Of a DNA stretch of 64,000 bases, positions 29,767-44,551 are shown piece after piece. This DNA is from Eledone cirrhosa (lineage: Eukaryota). The stretch is from positions 170,252,001 to 170,316,000 of the forward strand of contig OZ024740.1 of the NCBI GenBank assembly GCA_964016885.1. The letters run 5' to 3'. Position 1 is the stretch's first letter; each line of letters opens with the position of its first letter. The translations under genes were made by a program, and so were the position numbers. Under the pieces are notes generated by a model that did not search any database, was not told the DNA's origin, and worked only from the letters and a program-made list of their open reading frames with translations.

Positions 29767-30317
29767 TGATGATAATGATGAGGATAATAGTGACATGATG
29801 ATGATAGCGGTGGTGTTATTGGTGGTGGTGGTGGTGGTGGTGGTGGTGATGGTGGTGGTGGTGGTGGTGGTCGTGGTGATGGTGGTGGTGGTAATGAGGA
29901 TGGTGATGATAGTGGTGGTGTTATTGGTGGTGGTGGTGGTGGTGGTGGTGGTGGTAATGAGGATGGTGATGATAGTGGTGGTGGTGGTGGTGGTGGTGGT
30001 GGTGGTGGTGGCGGTGGTGGTGGTAATGAGGATGGTGATGATAGTGGTGGTGGTGGTGGTGGTGGTGGTGGTGGTGGTAATGAGGATGGTGATGATAGTG
30101 GTGGTGGTGGTGGTGGTGGTAATGAGGATGATGAGGATAATAATGACATGATGATGATAGTGGTGGTGTTATTGGTGGTGATGTTGGTGGTGGTGGTGGC
30201 GGCGGCTGCGGTGGTGGTGGCGGCAGCGGCGGTGGTGATGGTGGTGGTAGTGGTGGTGGTGGTGGTAGTGGTGGTGGTGGTGGTGGTGGTGGTGGTGGTG
30301 GTGGTGGTGGTGGTGGT

Positions 30318-30370
<53 letters not shown>

Positions 30371-30915
30371 GGGCGGTGGCGGCAGCGGCGGCGGCGGTGG
30401 TGGTGGTGATGGTGGTGGTGGTGGTGGTGGTAGTAGTAGTAGTGGTGGTGGTTGTGGTAGTGGTAGTAGTGGTGGTGGTGGTAGTAGTAGTAGTGGTGGT
30501 GGTGGTGGCTGTGGTAGTGGTAGTGGTGCTAGTGGTGGTAGTGGTGGTGGTGGTGGTCGTCGTCGTCGTCGTAGTAGTAGTGGTGGCGGTGATGGTGGTG
30601 GTGGTGGTAGTAGTAGTAGTGGTGGTGGTGGTGGTAGTAGTAGTGGCGGTGGTGGTGGTAGTGGTGGTGGTGGTAGTAGTGGTGGTGGTGGTGGCAGTGG
30701 TGGTAATGAGGATGATGATGATAACCATAATGATGAGGATGATGGTGAGTATGATGATAGTGATGATGATTGTGATAATGGTGATGGTGATGATGGTGAG
30801 GCTGATGATGGTGAGGCTGATGATGGTGAGGCTGATGATGGTGATGATGGTGATGATGATGGTGAGGCTGATGATGGTGATGATGGTGATGATGATGGTG
30901 ATGATGATGGTGATG

Positions 30916-30947
<32 letters not shown>

Positions 30948-30986
30948 GATGTAGTCAGTGGTGGCGACAAAGACGATGACGATGCT

Positions 30987-31017
<31 letters not shown>

Positions 31018-31054
31018 AAGATGATGAAGATGATGATGATGATGATGGTGAGGC

Positions 31055-31086
<32 letters not shown>

Positions 31087-31093
31087 GTGAGGC

Positions 31094-31124
<31 letters not shown>

Positions 31125-31215
31125 AATGATGATGGTGATGATGGTGAGGCTGATGATGATGAGGCTGATGATGGTGATGATGAAGGTGTTGGTGATGATG
31201 GTGAGGCTGATGATA
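29767..31215. repeat. ~1.45-kb compound trinucleotide tract (GGT/GGC/AGT/GAT)
   Basis: Read directly, with higher-order units AATGAGGATGGTGATGATAGT(GGT)n and GTGAGGCT(GAT)n. A (CAT)n block follows at 31365-31620. Confidence 0.95.
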
Positions 31216-33394
31216 GAACAAGTTAAGTTATGGTGTCTTGCAATGAGATTGGATTTCAAATTACGTAGAAAGGAAGTGAAATTGTTGGGACGGCCATTAT
31301 GGTAGTGGAGGTTAACGGATGTCAGTATTTCTGTGGGCCATCATAAATCTGACAACCATTCCAAACATCGCCATCACTGTCATCATCATTATTATCATCT
31401 TCATCACCACCATCACCATCATCATCATCATTATCATCATCATCACCACCATCACCGTCATCATCATTATTATCATCATCATCATCCTTATTATCATCAT
31501 CATAACTAGCACTATCACCATCATCATCATCATCATCATCATGACCATTGTCATCATCATTGTCTTTGTCTTAGACACCATCATCATCATCATCACCGCC
31601 ATCACCATCGACATCATTGTATAAAGAAGCAGCTGTATCAATTTAATGTAACCAAATCATTAGAATGGTGACGTTAAAGAACTAGGTAGATCGCCCCCAT
31701 CGATCATTTTTGGCTCATCATTCATTCTCACACTGGTTTAAGCACATCTAAACAGATTTTCCTGTGTCTTTCTGCAATCTATTTACTACTATTAGATCAA
31801 TATTGATTTGTTTTGATTAAGCAAATATATATATTTTTTTGTATAACAATTGTTGTTCTTATTGTTTAGCGCTTGATAAATTCCTCTTATTCAATATGAT
31901 GGATCCCACTTTGTTTGATTTTGGGGATCAGCATTTAGCAGTTCGATCAACTCAACATCCTGCTCAGTAAATTAAATCGTTGATAAAATATATCCAGACA
32001 CATAACTATCTAGCAATCTTACTTCTTCACACGTCTCCCACATGTTTCTTTATTCTTTTACTGTATTCACTACGGCTATACCGAAGCACCTTTCACATGG
32101 TTTACAGTAGATTAAAGCCATCCACTAATCTTTCTTGAACTTATTTTCTCGGTGTATTGTTGTTTTTTAGACTGGAGTATGTTGTTTTAGAAATCTAAAA
32201 TGTAAATGTTCATCGGCAACAAACTGTATATTTCAAAAATAAAAATAGAAAGAATGGAGTCCATCAATATTCCAGTAACGAACTGGCACACAAACTAATG
32301 TTTCAAGGGATCACCTGACTAATTCGTTGACACAGCGATGACATTGGGACCCGTTAGTTCAAATATTTTTTCCCAGATGGCATAGAAGTACTCGTAACAC
32401 CAATTGATTCGTTGCTACACGTTCACATAGACATGTCTTGTAATGATACATATTTCAGTCGCCCGCCATCTTTGACCCACGTCACCATATTGATGTTTTA
32501 ATCGCAGCTTCAGAGATGTTGCTCGCAGCGAAAGTGGGTGTTATTTATTCAGTGAATAAATAACACAAGACATACTGAAAACAGGTCATACGTTGGGGCA
32601 TGCATTTGGGGTCATTGTGTCTCATTCTTTGAGGATCACAACACAACTAGTAGCCCATAAATGCTTGGGAATGTTTTCCTGATATAGCGTGATACGGTGT
32701 GTCAAGAGACATCACTAAGCACTAGAATAACTCAAGACGATACATAGTTTAGCATTCTGTCATTTCTGGTCTTTTATAAAACACTGGTTGTGATGCTGCA
32801 GCTGATGATGATGATGATGATGCCTACAGCGACAACGATCACGATGATGATGATGGTGTTGACGACGATGAGGATTATGGTCATGTTGATGATGATGATA
32901 ATGATGATGATGAGTAGGATGATGATAATAATAATGGTATTGATGATGAAGGGGAGGAGGGGGAGTCTGGCAACGAAGTCAACGACGCCTACTACAACGA
33001 CAATGGTGTCGTCGACCACGATGACGACGATGATGATGATGATGATGATTCATTAGCTGTAGGATTAATTATTGCATGACCGACATTTCTGAACGCAAAC
33101 TTCTAGTTCGGCTATATAACAGAATCATATAAAACTTTTTTTCTCTTCAATTTCATTGATTTCATAAAACTAAATTCAAACAAAATAGATATAAATATTC
33201 AATAAAAAGAAAAATTATTTACCGGAAGCAGAAAAAACATCAAAGTTTCTTAGAGCTTCAGGAAAATAAAAATATACAAACAGAAAACTCACACACATGC
33301 AAATAGATATGGATACATACACAGATACATATAAACATGCATAGCTCAACATAAGCATATATAATTAGATATAAATACATATGTTTATCCATAT

Positions 33395-33484
<90 letters not shown>

Positions 33485-33801
33485 ACATACATATGTGTGT
33501 GTGTTTGTGTGTGTGTGTGTCTGTGTCTGTGTGTATGTGTGTATGATTTTGTGTACATGTATCTATGTATATGTATATATATAGATATATAAGTATGTTT
33601 ATATATATATATATATATATATATACATAGATACATGTACAAAACATCACACACACAACCGTACTAAGAGTGAGAAATGAAATTTCGTTTCATTTTTTCC
33701 ATTTATATATATATATATATATATATAAAGAGAGAGAGAGGGGGGAGAGAGAAAGAGAGAGGTAGAGAGATGGCTAAATATATTAGGTATTGTATATAAA
33801 A

Positions 33802-34095
33802 CGGTAAAGTGTAAAGACCCCTTCAGTCAAGAAGTTTTGCACCTAGAAAATCCCCACCCTTCCGATGCTCAAGCCCAAGCAAAGTATTTTTGTAGAAAAC
33901 CACAGTTGCTCATGCATACTAATCTCTCCTCTTCACGCCACCAATGTTATCAAAGGGAAAGGCAAAGACCGATGCAGCATGGAACCAGTGACATCGGAAC
34001 GTGTTTCTACTGCTCAGTGAACTGGAGCAACATGAAATAATATGACACAACGCCCAGTCCGGAAATCGAATTCTCAATCTCACGTTTGTGAATTT
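33802..34095 (-). mobile_element. Second tRNA-derived SINE family (TTTACC tail), diverged copy
   Basis: Reverse complement of the TGACTGAAGGGGTCTTTAC end seen at ~44860-44888. Confidence 0.6.
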
Positions 34096-36678
34096 AAATC
34101 TCTAATATTGTCAAAGATGAATTAGTGTGTCGATAATGAAAATGACTTTCGTTTCAAATGCTGCTCGTATCCTACTAATACAAATATTCGGCCTTTCGGA
34201 TAGTCTTGAAAATGAGACTCAAATTAGAGATCAAATTTTAGATTTGTAGAGAAATAATCTGAACTGAGGCATGCATCTGTTGCATTCAAACAGATATTCA
34301 ATAAGCTTTCATTACGTTATTTCATATTTTTCCTATATGGTAGGTGTTGCTTTGTTATACATGGCGAGTTGGCAATCACTTTAAAGTATCGGATTAAATG
34401 CTGCCAAAGTGAACTTTGCATCTCACTTTGCATCTTACGGTGTCCATAAATACATTATCAGTCTAAGAATGAAGTGTTTCTGCTGTATGCATTCTGAACT
34501 CACCGGCGACATCCCTTGTCCCAAGATATACCGCGACATTAGCCTTTCCCTTTGACAACATCAGTAGCGTGGAATGAGGAGACTTGCCAGCTGTTGTTTC
34601 ACAAAATACCTTTTCCAGGCTTGCGTCTGGGAGAGTAATTTCCAAATGCAAACCCATGATCATCAATGACATAAAGTGGCCCTCTTTTGCTTTGTTATAT
34701 ATTTTATTCCACGCGGGTCAAAGTTTGACTTTCGTTGGCATCCTCAAGTCTTTCGTGATATATTTGTCCAGGAGGTTTGCTGTTGCCATGATCGGAAGTT
34801 CAATCTATCTTACTAGAATAATTGACCACTCATCCCCAACACAGTTCTACCAAAGAAATTCCACCTACACATCATTAGTCAACCTGAGGCTACACAAGAA
34901 ATACTTGTCCAGTGAGCTCCTGGGCAGGCGTCTTTTTCTACAGTTTCAGGTAGGAAGAAAATGCCTAGAAGCCCGTTGGTTGATTTAATCATGCTACATC
35001 CTCTGCCACGGTGATTCTCCTGGAGAATTATATTAAGAGAACACACATGTGTGGGATTACTCAGATGCTTACATATTAATTTAACGAGTAGGACATTCAG
35101 TTGATCGAACTCCTAATTGGTGCTCATTGCTGAAACTGATAGATGATCAATCATAGTAAATATTTATTTCTTCAATTCAAATTTCAATGTGACGAACAAC
35201 AGTTCTAATCATCTCTATGACCCCAAAACATAAATTAATGAGAATCCATCCCAGGACATTACCGCAAATCTTTGGAGGGGGGAAGAGACGACATGAAGCT
35301 CTACGCGGTCACACAACCAACTGAATATACAAGTAACTTTCCCTCATGTCATATTGTAATGTCTTAGAAAAAAGAAAAGCTTGGTAGATAATGGTGTCCT
35401 GGGTGTATTTTGATTGAATAATAAATAGATGGGATGGCCCTTACTGGAACGTTTTACATCAGAAATGATCTGAGGCTAAACAACAATAAAAACTGGTATT
35501 TGTATTATCGAAATTTGGAAGGATGAAAGTGATGAGTATTTCGGCATTATTATGCCCGATAGCAACATATACTTATTTACGTCTCTTTACACCAAGCCTG
35601 GAGGTGGGATTTATTCCAAGATCAATAATCTAAGTACCATTCATGTACTGAGGGTGGTATATTTGGTTCTACCAGTGAAGCTGCCTTCGCAATAACTTCT
35701 TTTTTTTTTCTTAATTGCATAATCAGAACGGCTTTCGAAATGGGTGAGAGAAAAGGAAAGTTTTTATTATATCCAATAAGTTCCTAAATATTTGCAACAG
35801 TATAATTTCCGCCTAAGGCAGTCATATACCTGTTAGTGTTATTAAACTGGGCGACGAACTAAGTCCTAACACCCAATATCCTGCACATTCTGTTAGACTT
35901 TTACCAAAACCGTCGAAGTTGAAAGCACTTATCCAAGGATCTGTGCCATGGTATCGAACTCAGAACAACGTAATTGTAAAACAAAGTTTTAACCGCAAGG
36001 CTATGCCTTTCAACCCAAGAATAAAAACGAAATAAGGTAATATAAATAGATTCAAGGTCGATGATACTTTAGGGAAGGTATATGTAATAAACTAAATCTA
36101 TCTCGCCTCAAGGCAATACAATCCAAAGTCGTTCGTGGCGGGATATAAAATCAGAAGCTAGAAAGATGGAACCAGATACTGCAAGGCATTTATGCTAGCC
36201 AGTATTATTTCACAACTTCTGCCATCATATTACCTTCAGTTCACTGGATTGATATAATTAAATGATTCCATAAGTTAGAACACCTGGAGATAGCAGTAAT
36301 TGGCAATAGATTGCCCCAACTGAAGACTTATAAATAACACGAAAGTAACAGCATGATAGCTAACAATATGAGAATTCCAGGTGAATTCCGTACATACAAT
36401 GAGCCCTAGCATTTGAAGTTAATCGATTCTATTAAATTGGGAGTATATAAGCTGAAGGATTTTTTCAACAGTTAATTCTTCATTGAAATAAATGACGTTT
36501 AAATATCCCTGTTATCTCCATTCGATGGAACCGTGAAGGTCATTGTTAATGTATGCGCAGAATGAACATTTAACATACGTCTATACTTACAGTTACTATG
36601 TTGACATACGAAGCTTTATTGACATACTCACACTCGCACGCGCGTTTATAGATGTGTATGTATTTCTGTATGTACATA

Positions 36679-36794
<116 letters not shown>

Positions 36795-36852
36795 TGTGTG
36801 TGTGCGTGTGTGTGTGTGCGTGTGCGTGTGTGTGTGTGTGTGTATGTATGTA

Positions 36853-36911
<59 letters not shown>

Positions 36912-37068
36912 CAAATATACTTGGATGTGTCTATTTCTGTGTGGGTATAACTGTTTATGGTGGCCTCTCTCTCACCCTTTCCGCCGCTTTCTCTGGGCGT
37001 GTGCTTGTGTGTGTGTGTGTGTGTGTGCGTGTGTGTGTGTCTGTGTGTGTGTGTATGTGTCTGTGTGT

Positions 37069-37105
<37 letters not shown>

Positions 37106-39170
37106 TGTGTGTGTCTTTGTGTTAAACTCACTATAGTAACTACCACAGAAACATATATAAAAATCCAACACCTGAGTTACAGGTAAAGATACCTATATAG
37201 TGAACCAATTCGATACAACATGTAGATTTACAGAGAGAACATTCAGTGGAAACCTTTGGAGAAATTGACGGTCATATGCACTGGAAAGAGGTGACAGTTC
37301 ATCATTTAGATTATGTTGATAAAGGTGGTGACGAAATTGATGATGATGATGATAATGATGATGGCGATGATGATCTTGTTAATATTGATAGTGGCAATGA
37401 AGGGCTAAGCTCAGTAGGTGTAAAGAGATTGATTTTAGTTGGCTGTTATTGTTACTGAGTTTTCCCCGGTGCAGTTCACTGTGACCTGACGTGTTTTAGT
37501 CCTCAACATCTAATATCAAATTCTGATATAAATGTATCAGTAAGTGCATTATCCTGTGTGCCCTTTGTTTTTTTTTTTGTTTTTTTTTAAATTTTGATTA
37601 AGATTCGGTTTGAGCGATATTAAGCTGCTACATCTAGCATGCTAACTGCTCACGCTTCAAGGAATGTATTGGAGTGGTAGGTGTGTGACGTTTTAAGGTG
37701 TTTAATTTCTTAGTAATTCTATTGTACTTCAAGTCATCGTGGCTCTTCGACTACGCTTTTCTCTGTTATGTGTTCTCCGCCACCTTTTCCTCTCCAGCTT
37801 TATACACACACACACACATACACATTAAAATGTCTCTCTCATATTCTCCCATTTCCCCTTCTCTCTCCTTCACTTTCTCTGTCTCTCTAGCTCTCTTACT
37901 CCCAAATTTAATTGAAGAATCTCAAACATGCGGGGCGAATTGGCAGAACTTCGGATAGAATGTTTCGTTCCCGCTCTCCCTATACTGGTCAATTCTTTGT
38001 CTATATGTCTTTCACATTTCTTCCCCTCTTTCTCTCTCCCTCCCCACCCGCTCTCTCTCTCTCTTTTTTCTCTGGTGAGGGGATAGACTGAGCCAGGTTT
38101 AAAATACGCAAGATACGCCGTATGTCGTGAGAGTGTCCCTACCACTTCAGCAAGTATCACGTGTCTTTACATACAAATAGACAACACACAGTGTGGTATG
38201 TAATTACGTCTCTGTAAGTCGTCTTAAATTCGAAACACACATCTGTCAATACTTACTTTCATTCTTCCTCGAACAAGGATCAATAAAATCCACAGTTCTC
38301 TACTTTAAAATTAATGGTAGTTTGCCTATGTTAGATATCGTTATTAAAACCCATAACAGAATGTTACGTATGTTTGACGAGGCTTGGTTATAAAGAGGTT
38401 AAATCGCCTAGTTTGTATAATCTCCCATACCAATTTTATTGATATATTCTAAGTTAATTCAGCACTCCCATTGTTCTTTGCAACTGACAATAGAGTATAA
38501 ACATCTCCAGTTATGTCAGCCAGAACTTGGTGGCACTGCTGGGGAAGGGCGTGAACAAGAGAGAAGGTCTCAACTGAAAATCTCCAGCCCAAACCTCTGC
38601 ATAAGTATCTGGCGAAGATGCTCTGGAAAGGGTAAGCTTTTCTCATCAATTTGATAGTGGATGAGGAGTGCGCTGACCTGGGAGATTCACAGTACATATT
38701 TCCACGACAACGTTTACTTCATGCGATGACAGCCGGAGGAAAATATAGATGGCTTCAATGTTGTTATGGTATATTTCGATGAATCTGAAGCCTACATTTA
38801 GGTGGACTTTCAGAATTGGGTGGCTATCCGGATTGCAATTTCAACACCTTAAAAGGTTATAATTACTACACAATCTGTAGAGCTTGTATAGTGGGTTTCA
38901 GTCGCTGCTTATCATTTTCGCTATTAAATTCATTCATGTCCTTGTTATTTCTATTTTTTTTTACATCTTTACTATATTTTATGTATTATAATCGATATTG
39001 TTTTCCTTTCATCCTCCAGTTCTTTATTGTTATTGAAACCAAAGCACTTCCGTCCTTCAATGCATGTTTTGTGTATGTAACATGTAATAGGTATTTATGC
39101 ATGTGTGTAGTACGTAGTGTGTATATATATATACCCCACTATTATGAAGCATACTATCTTTGTGTTACGG

Positions 39171-39319
<149 letters not shown>

Positions 39320-39432
39320 AAAACACTTGAGTGTATTAGAGTCAAACACACTCGTCGCATTAGAGAAATGACAGTACAAGAGATAGCTCAATGTTATCAA
39401 ACAGAGCCGAAAAAAAAAATATATATATATAT

Positions 39433-39651
39433 AATTGGTGTGGGATGCTTAAAGCGTCCGTATGCGGTAGGCCGTTTGAGCAGTCGATGGTCTTACAGAG
39501 CAGAGTATAATATCACATAAGAAATGGAGAATCAGTGGTGTGACGAAGTAGAATTTATTAGACATATTACAATCGTTTCTCTGGCGACCAGCTCGAGGCA
39601 CGATCGAATCTGACTCTGAAATCACAAGATGCTTAAAGCGTCCGTATGCGG

Positions 39652-39653
<2 letters not shown>
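39433..39653 (-). mobile_element. 184-bp-period terminally redundant PLE derivative related to family A (retrozyme-like)
   Basis: 26-bp direct repeat at 39444-39469 and 39628-39653. Contains an HHR-like motif (39563-39602), AATAAA and a tail alignable to 13755-13850. Confidence 0.65.
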
Positions 39654-39736
<83 letters not shown>

Positions 39737-40231
39737 CCGTAACACAAAGATAGTATGCTTCATAATAGTGGGGTATATGAATGTATATAGGATCTATTTA
39801 TGTATAATAAACACACGTGTCATACTATGAATAATTTAAGTTGTGATCATTTCATAACTATCTCAGTAACAGTACGAGAATGTCAGACACGTATTTCTGA
39901 ATATTTAGCCACCATCAGTAAGATTTACTCATTTGATATTGAAACAAGAATAAACTTATAGATTATATATATTTATTTTTAACATAAAACATCGGCTGGT
40001 GATGCACATTTGCATATAGTGCGAAATTGAACGGCTAGTATTAATTATTAGTAGCATTAACATCGTGTGTTTCATAGACGGGCTGTATATGGAAACATAT
40101 ACGATATTTTAATGTATAATAAACACACAAGAATTTCGATAGGAATATTTTGAGCTGTAATATGCAAATGAGTCATATGCAAAAAAAAAGTATATAAGCC
40201 ATAAACATCCATTACTGCACACGTATACATG

Positions 40232-40340
40232 CATACAGACATGCATACATATCTACCTAGTTGATGCTGTGGAAATTCCAATGACTGACTCTTGTAGCTA
40301 TGTTAGAAAACCGTCTCTCTCTATTGGCAAACATTTGTGA
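40232..40340 (+). mobile_element. 3' UTR fragment of the R4/Dong-like family, followed by (CATA)n
   Basis: Matches 43810-43929. Confidence 0.8.
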
Positions 40341-40983
40341 AATTATAAAACCAGAAAACATACATACATACATACATACATACATACATACATACATACA
40401 TACATACATACATACATACATACATACATACATACATACATACATACATACATGGTTCTATTTCAGCACAAGCCCAGCAGTTTAAGGAGACCTGCTCGTC
40501 GATTATGCAGGCTTCAGTACTTGAAAGTTTATTCATTTTGTCTACCCTGATTGGATGAAAGGTAAAAATGTACCTTAGCAGATTTGAACATAAAACGTAA
40601 AGCGCTGAAATATACCGCAAACATTTTGTCCGACTCTGAAGATTCGGCCAATCCAATGCCTTATATATATATATATATATAAACATCCCCTAACACACAA
40701 ACACATATACACTCACACATAATTGTACATAAAACAGAAAATGCATACAGGAATTTACATATAAATATCATGATGTATAAATCAATGTCTTTGTATACAT
40801 AGGCGTACATATATGAACACACAGATACAGAGATGTTACAAGGATACATTACTATACATACATATATACATACATACGCACATACATACATGCATACGTA
40901 CATACATACACACATACGTACATATATACATACATTCATATATACATACATACATACATACATACATACATACATACATACAT

Positions 40984-42690
40984 CAACTTAAAGTCTAACC
41001 CCTCCTCAACGTGGCAGGGCGGTGGCAACGGGTAGTGTCAGAGCTATGTCGTCGGGAACTTCGGTTCCTGGTGGGGCCACCCAAAGCGGATTGGTCTGGC
41101 ACCCAGCGGTATTAGGGCCGCAACACGGCAAAAGGGGCTCTGGTGACATTCCAAGAGGTGTCTGTTCCGGTAGCCGGCGGCTTCGGGTCGTTTCTGTCCC
41201 TGCGTCTGTGGAGAATCTGCGGCAAACAGGACCGCATGTATATCTCTCGGTCGGGATATACATGCGGGTTTTGGGGACCGCTTGTGAATTCACTACTCCC
41301 ATGATACTTCTTCCATGAATCCTACATGGCTCCATCGAGTCTTCTCCTCGGTGTGGGCGACGGAGCGGTTACCTGGTGACTGGAGCGAGGCAACTCTCCT
41401 AACCTTCTTCAAAAATGGCGACAGGAAACTGTGTTCCAACTACAGGGGTATCAGTTTAATTGACGTTGCTGCCAAAACCTTCGCAATTCTTCTGCTGAAG
41501 AGGTTCCAGACCATCCGTACCCGTCCTTCTCAGGGCGGCTTCCGTCCGGGGAGGGCGTGCGTTGATCAGATATTCTCTCCGGCGTGTCCTGGAACAACGG
41601 TGGGCACATCAACAGCCAACCGTCCTCTGCTTCATCGACCTTGCAGCTGCCTTCGACTCGGTAGATCGGGAAGCCCTATGGCGTATAATGCAGGCGGACG
41701 GCATCCCAGTGAAACTGCTTCGTCTCATACAAGGCTACTACCGGTCGACTCAGGCTCGAGTGAGCGTCTATGGTGGGGAGAGGGAGTCGTTCGATGTTGG
41801 GACCGGTGTTCGGCAGGGGTGTGCGCTATCGCCAACTCTCTTTAACTACGCCATTGACTACACTCTCAACACAGCGCTCCGGGATTATACGGGCGTAGAG
41901 GTCGGGAGAGGGGTCGTGATGACGGACCTGGCCTACGCGGATGACATCGTGCTGATGGGCACTAACGGGACAGATGTACAAGGTGCTCTCGAAATGGTGC
42001 ACACTGCAGATGCCGCTGTTGGTCTACGAATCAATGCCGCCAAGTCGAAAGTCATGACGTCACTGGTCTCGCCTGATGCCTGGCAGCCAATATCTCTCGA
42101 GGGCATGGACCTGGAGGATGTGGAGTCCTTCGTTTACCTGGGCTCAACAGTTGTTCCAACGGGACAGGGCGCAGCCGCGGTCAAGCGTCGCATAGATGCT
42201 GCCAGATCTGCTTTTGGGCGCCTCCAGCGGTGTCTGTGGGACTGAAGAGAGATCTCGACGACCGCATTCTTCGGTGCCGACGCATTGATCGGGTACCTAG
42301 CATCAGTCTTCGTCTTCGCCTGAATCTTCGAACCCTTCCTTCAGTGCTTCTGCAACGGCGCTTGAGATGGTTTGGTCATGCGGCCCGGCGCCCTGAAGGT
42401 GAGCTGATTCACGATGTTCTCCTCCCTCATTCACTCCCTAACTGGCGCAAGTTGGCGGGCAGCTGAAGACCTGGGCAACGACGATCAAGGAGGACCTCTC
42501 CGAACTCTCAGGTCTGCAGGTGGTCGGCCTGCGCCGATGGAACCGTGACTGGCTCGCTATCTCCAGTGACCTAGCCCGGGACCGTCGTGCGTGGGCTGCC
42601 ATGGTTCGGGATGCCGTCAGGACAAGGGAAGAATCCGGCTCAACCCGTCCAGGGTGAATGTCGACACAAGTGCAAGTACAAGCAAGTACA
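40984..42690 (+). mobile_element. GC-rich RTE LINE with internal deletions (5' UTR joined to RT)
   Basis: NYRGISLID, FIDLAAAFDSV, GVRQGCALSP, LAYADD, FVYLGS, RRLRWFGH; CAAGTA-type tail; RTE-like 5' motif GAGCTATG...GGGGCCACCCAA. Confidence 0.92.
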
Positions 42691-43048
42691 TACATTCACA
42701 CATACATACGTACATATATACATACATACATACGTACATATATACATACGTGGATTCATACATACATGCATTCATACATACATACATACACACATATGTA
42801 CATATATACATACATACATTCATACATACATGCATGCATACATGCACGCATACATACACAGATATATACACACACATACATACATACACACACACACATA
42901 CATACACACGCACATACATACACACGCACATACATGCATACATACACACACACATACATACATACGTACATACATACATACATACATACATACATACATA
43001 CATACATACATACATACATACATACATACATACATACATACATACAGA

Positions 43049-43929
43049 CATACCAGGAAATTAACACGAAATACCTGATTCACAAAAGAGATAGTGATGC
43101 AGGCAAAATACCTAGATGTGATAACAAGTGCAGATTCTGCAGAACTAACATCGAAGATATCACCCATGTCATCAGCAACTGTCCAAAGATGTCATCGCGG
43201 TACTATCTACCTATGAGGCATGATGTAGTGGCCAAAACTCTGTACAATGCAATCCGTAAAAAAGATAGCCCCGATAATAAACACATTAAAAGCTACAGCA
43301 ATGTGGAAGACATCCATGTACATAATATAAAAGAGTACTGGTGGAATGTTCCAGTAAAAACCCCAATAAAATGCAGGCATAACAGACCAGATATTATGAT
43401 ATGGGACAGGGAGAAGAAAACATGCACAGTAGTGGAAATTAGCTGACCAGCAGATGCCAATATAATATCAAAGATTAGCGAAAAGGAGACTATTTATGCA
43501 GAACTGATGAGAAATCTGCAGATACTCCACCCTGATTACACCTTCAGATTTATGCCTGTGATTATTGGGGCACTGGGATATGTTAGTAACTACCTCAATA
43601 CAAATATTGAGAAGCTAGGCTTCACAGGAACAGAAAGAACACAACTAGTTAGGAAATTACAAGTACAATCCATTAATGGAACAGTAAAAATATGTAAAAC
43701 ATTCCAAAACGGTTGCATCTAATAACTGCATATACACATGTACAGATACAAAGCACATACAAATGCACACATACAACTCAAAACATGCACATCCACACAT
43801 ACAATAACATACATACATATCTACCTAGTTGATGTTGTGTAAATTCCAATGAGAGAGTCTTGTGTCTATGTTAGAAACCGACTCTCTCTATTGGAAAAAA
43901 ATTTGTGAAATTATAAAACCAGAAGAACA
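43049..43929 (+). mobile_element. R4/Dong-like LINE 3' end: CCHC knuckle and restriction-like endonuclease
   Basis: CRFC...EDITHVISNC, RHD, HNRPDIMIWD...VVEIS; (CATA)n on both sides. Confidence 0.9.
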
Positions 43930-44364
43930 TACATACATATATATATAAATTATATGCATGTATACACCGATACATGTATCTATATTTACACAAAGCTATG
44001 AATACATATATATACATTTATTCTTACGCGAATACTTGTATATTTATCACTTGTTTTTTTAAGTAGCAATGCGTGAATTGCTATATCTTCAACATTCATT
44101 AGACACGTTGAAGGTGTGTCAGCATTATGATAATGTAATTTCGATATGAATGGCTAACTCCAGTCATTCATATCCGGCTAGTCAATACAATCAGTTGAGG
44201 AATGGAAAACAAGTTTTCAACAAGCTCCACCTCTTAAATCGATTTCAACGTAAGATAGCGTACGTTATTTTTCTTTCATCTTCTTCCGATTAATACGTCC
44301 GCTTCTCAAAGTGATTAACATATCGTGTGTTTGTCGTCCAGTAATCACACACACACACACACAC

Positions 44365-44497
<133 letters not shown>

Positions 44498-44551
44498 TAT
44501 GCAAATGTATATTGTTATATATATATGTATGTTAGTGTGTGCGTTATTGAC

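Noticed and set aside
29739-31259. 506-aa, 349-aa and 268-aa ORFs
   Set aside because: Translations of a trinucleotide tract that is open in several frames on both strands.
38500-38760. Possible exon ending in GG/GTAAG, or a Tc1 transposase remnant
   Set aside because: No recognisable motif strong enough to call.
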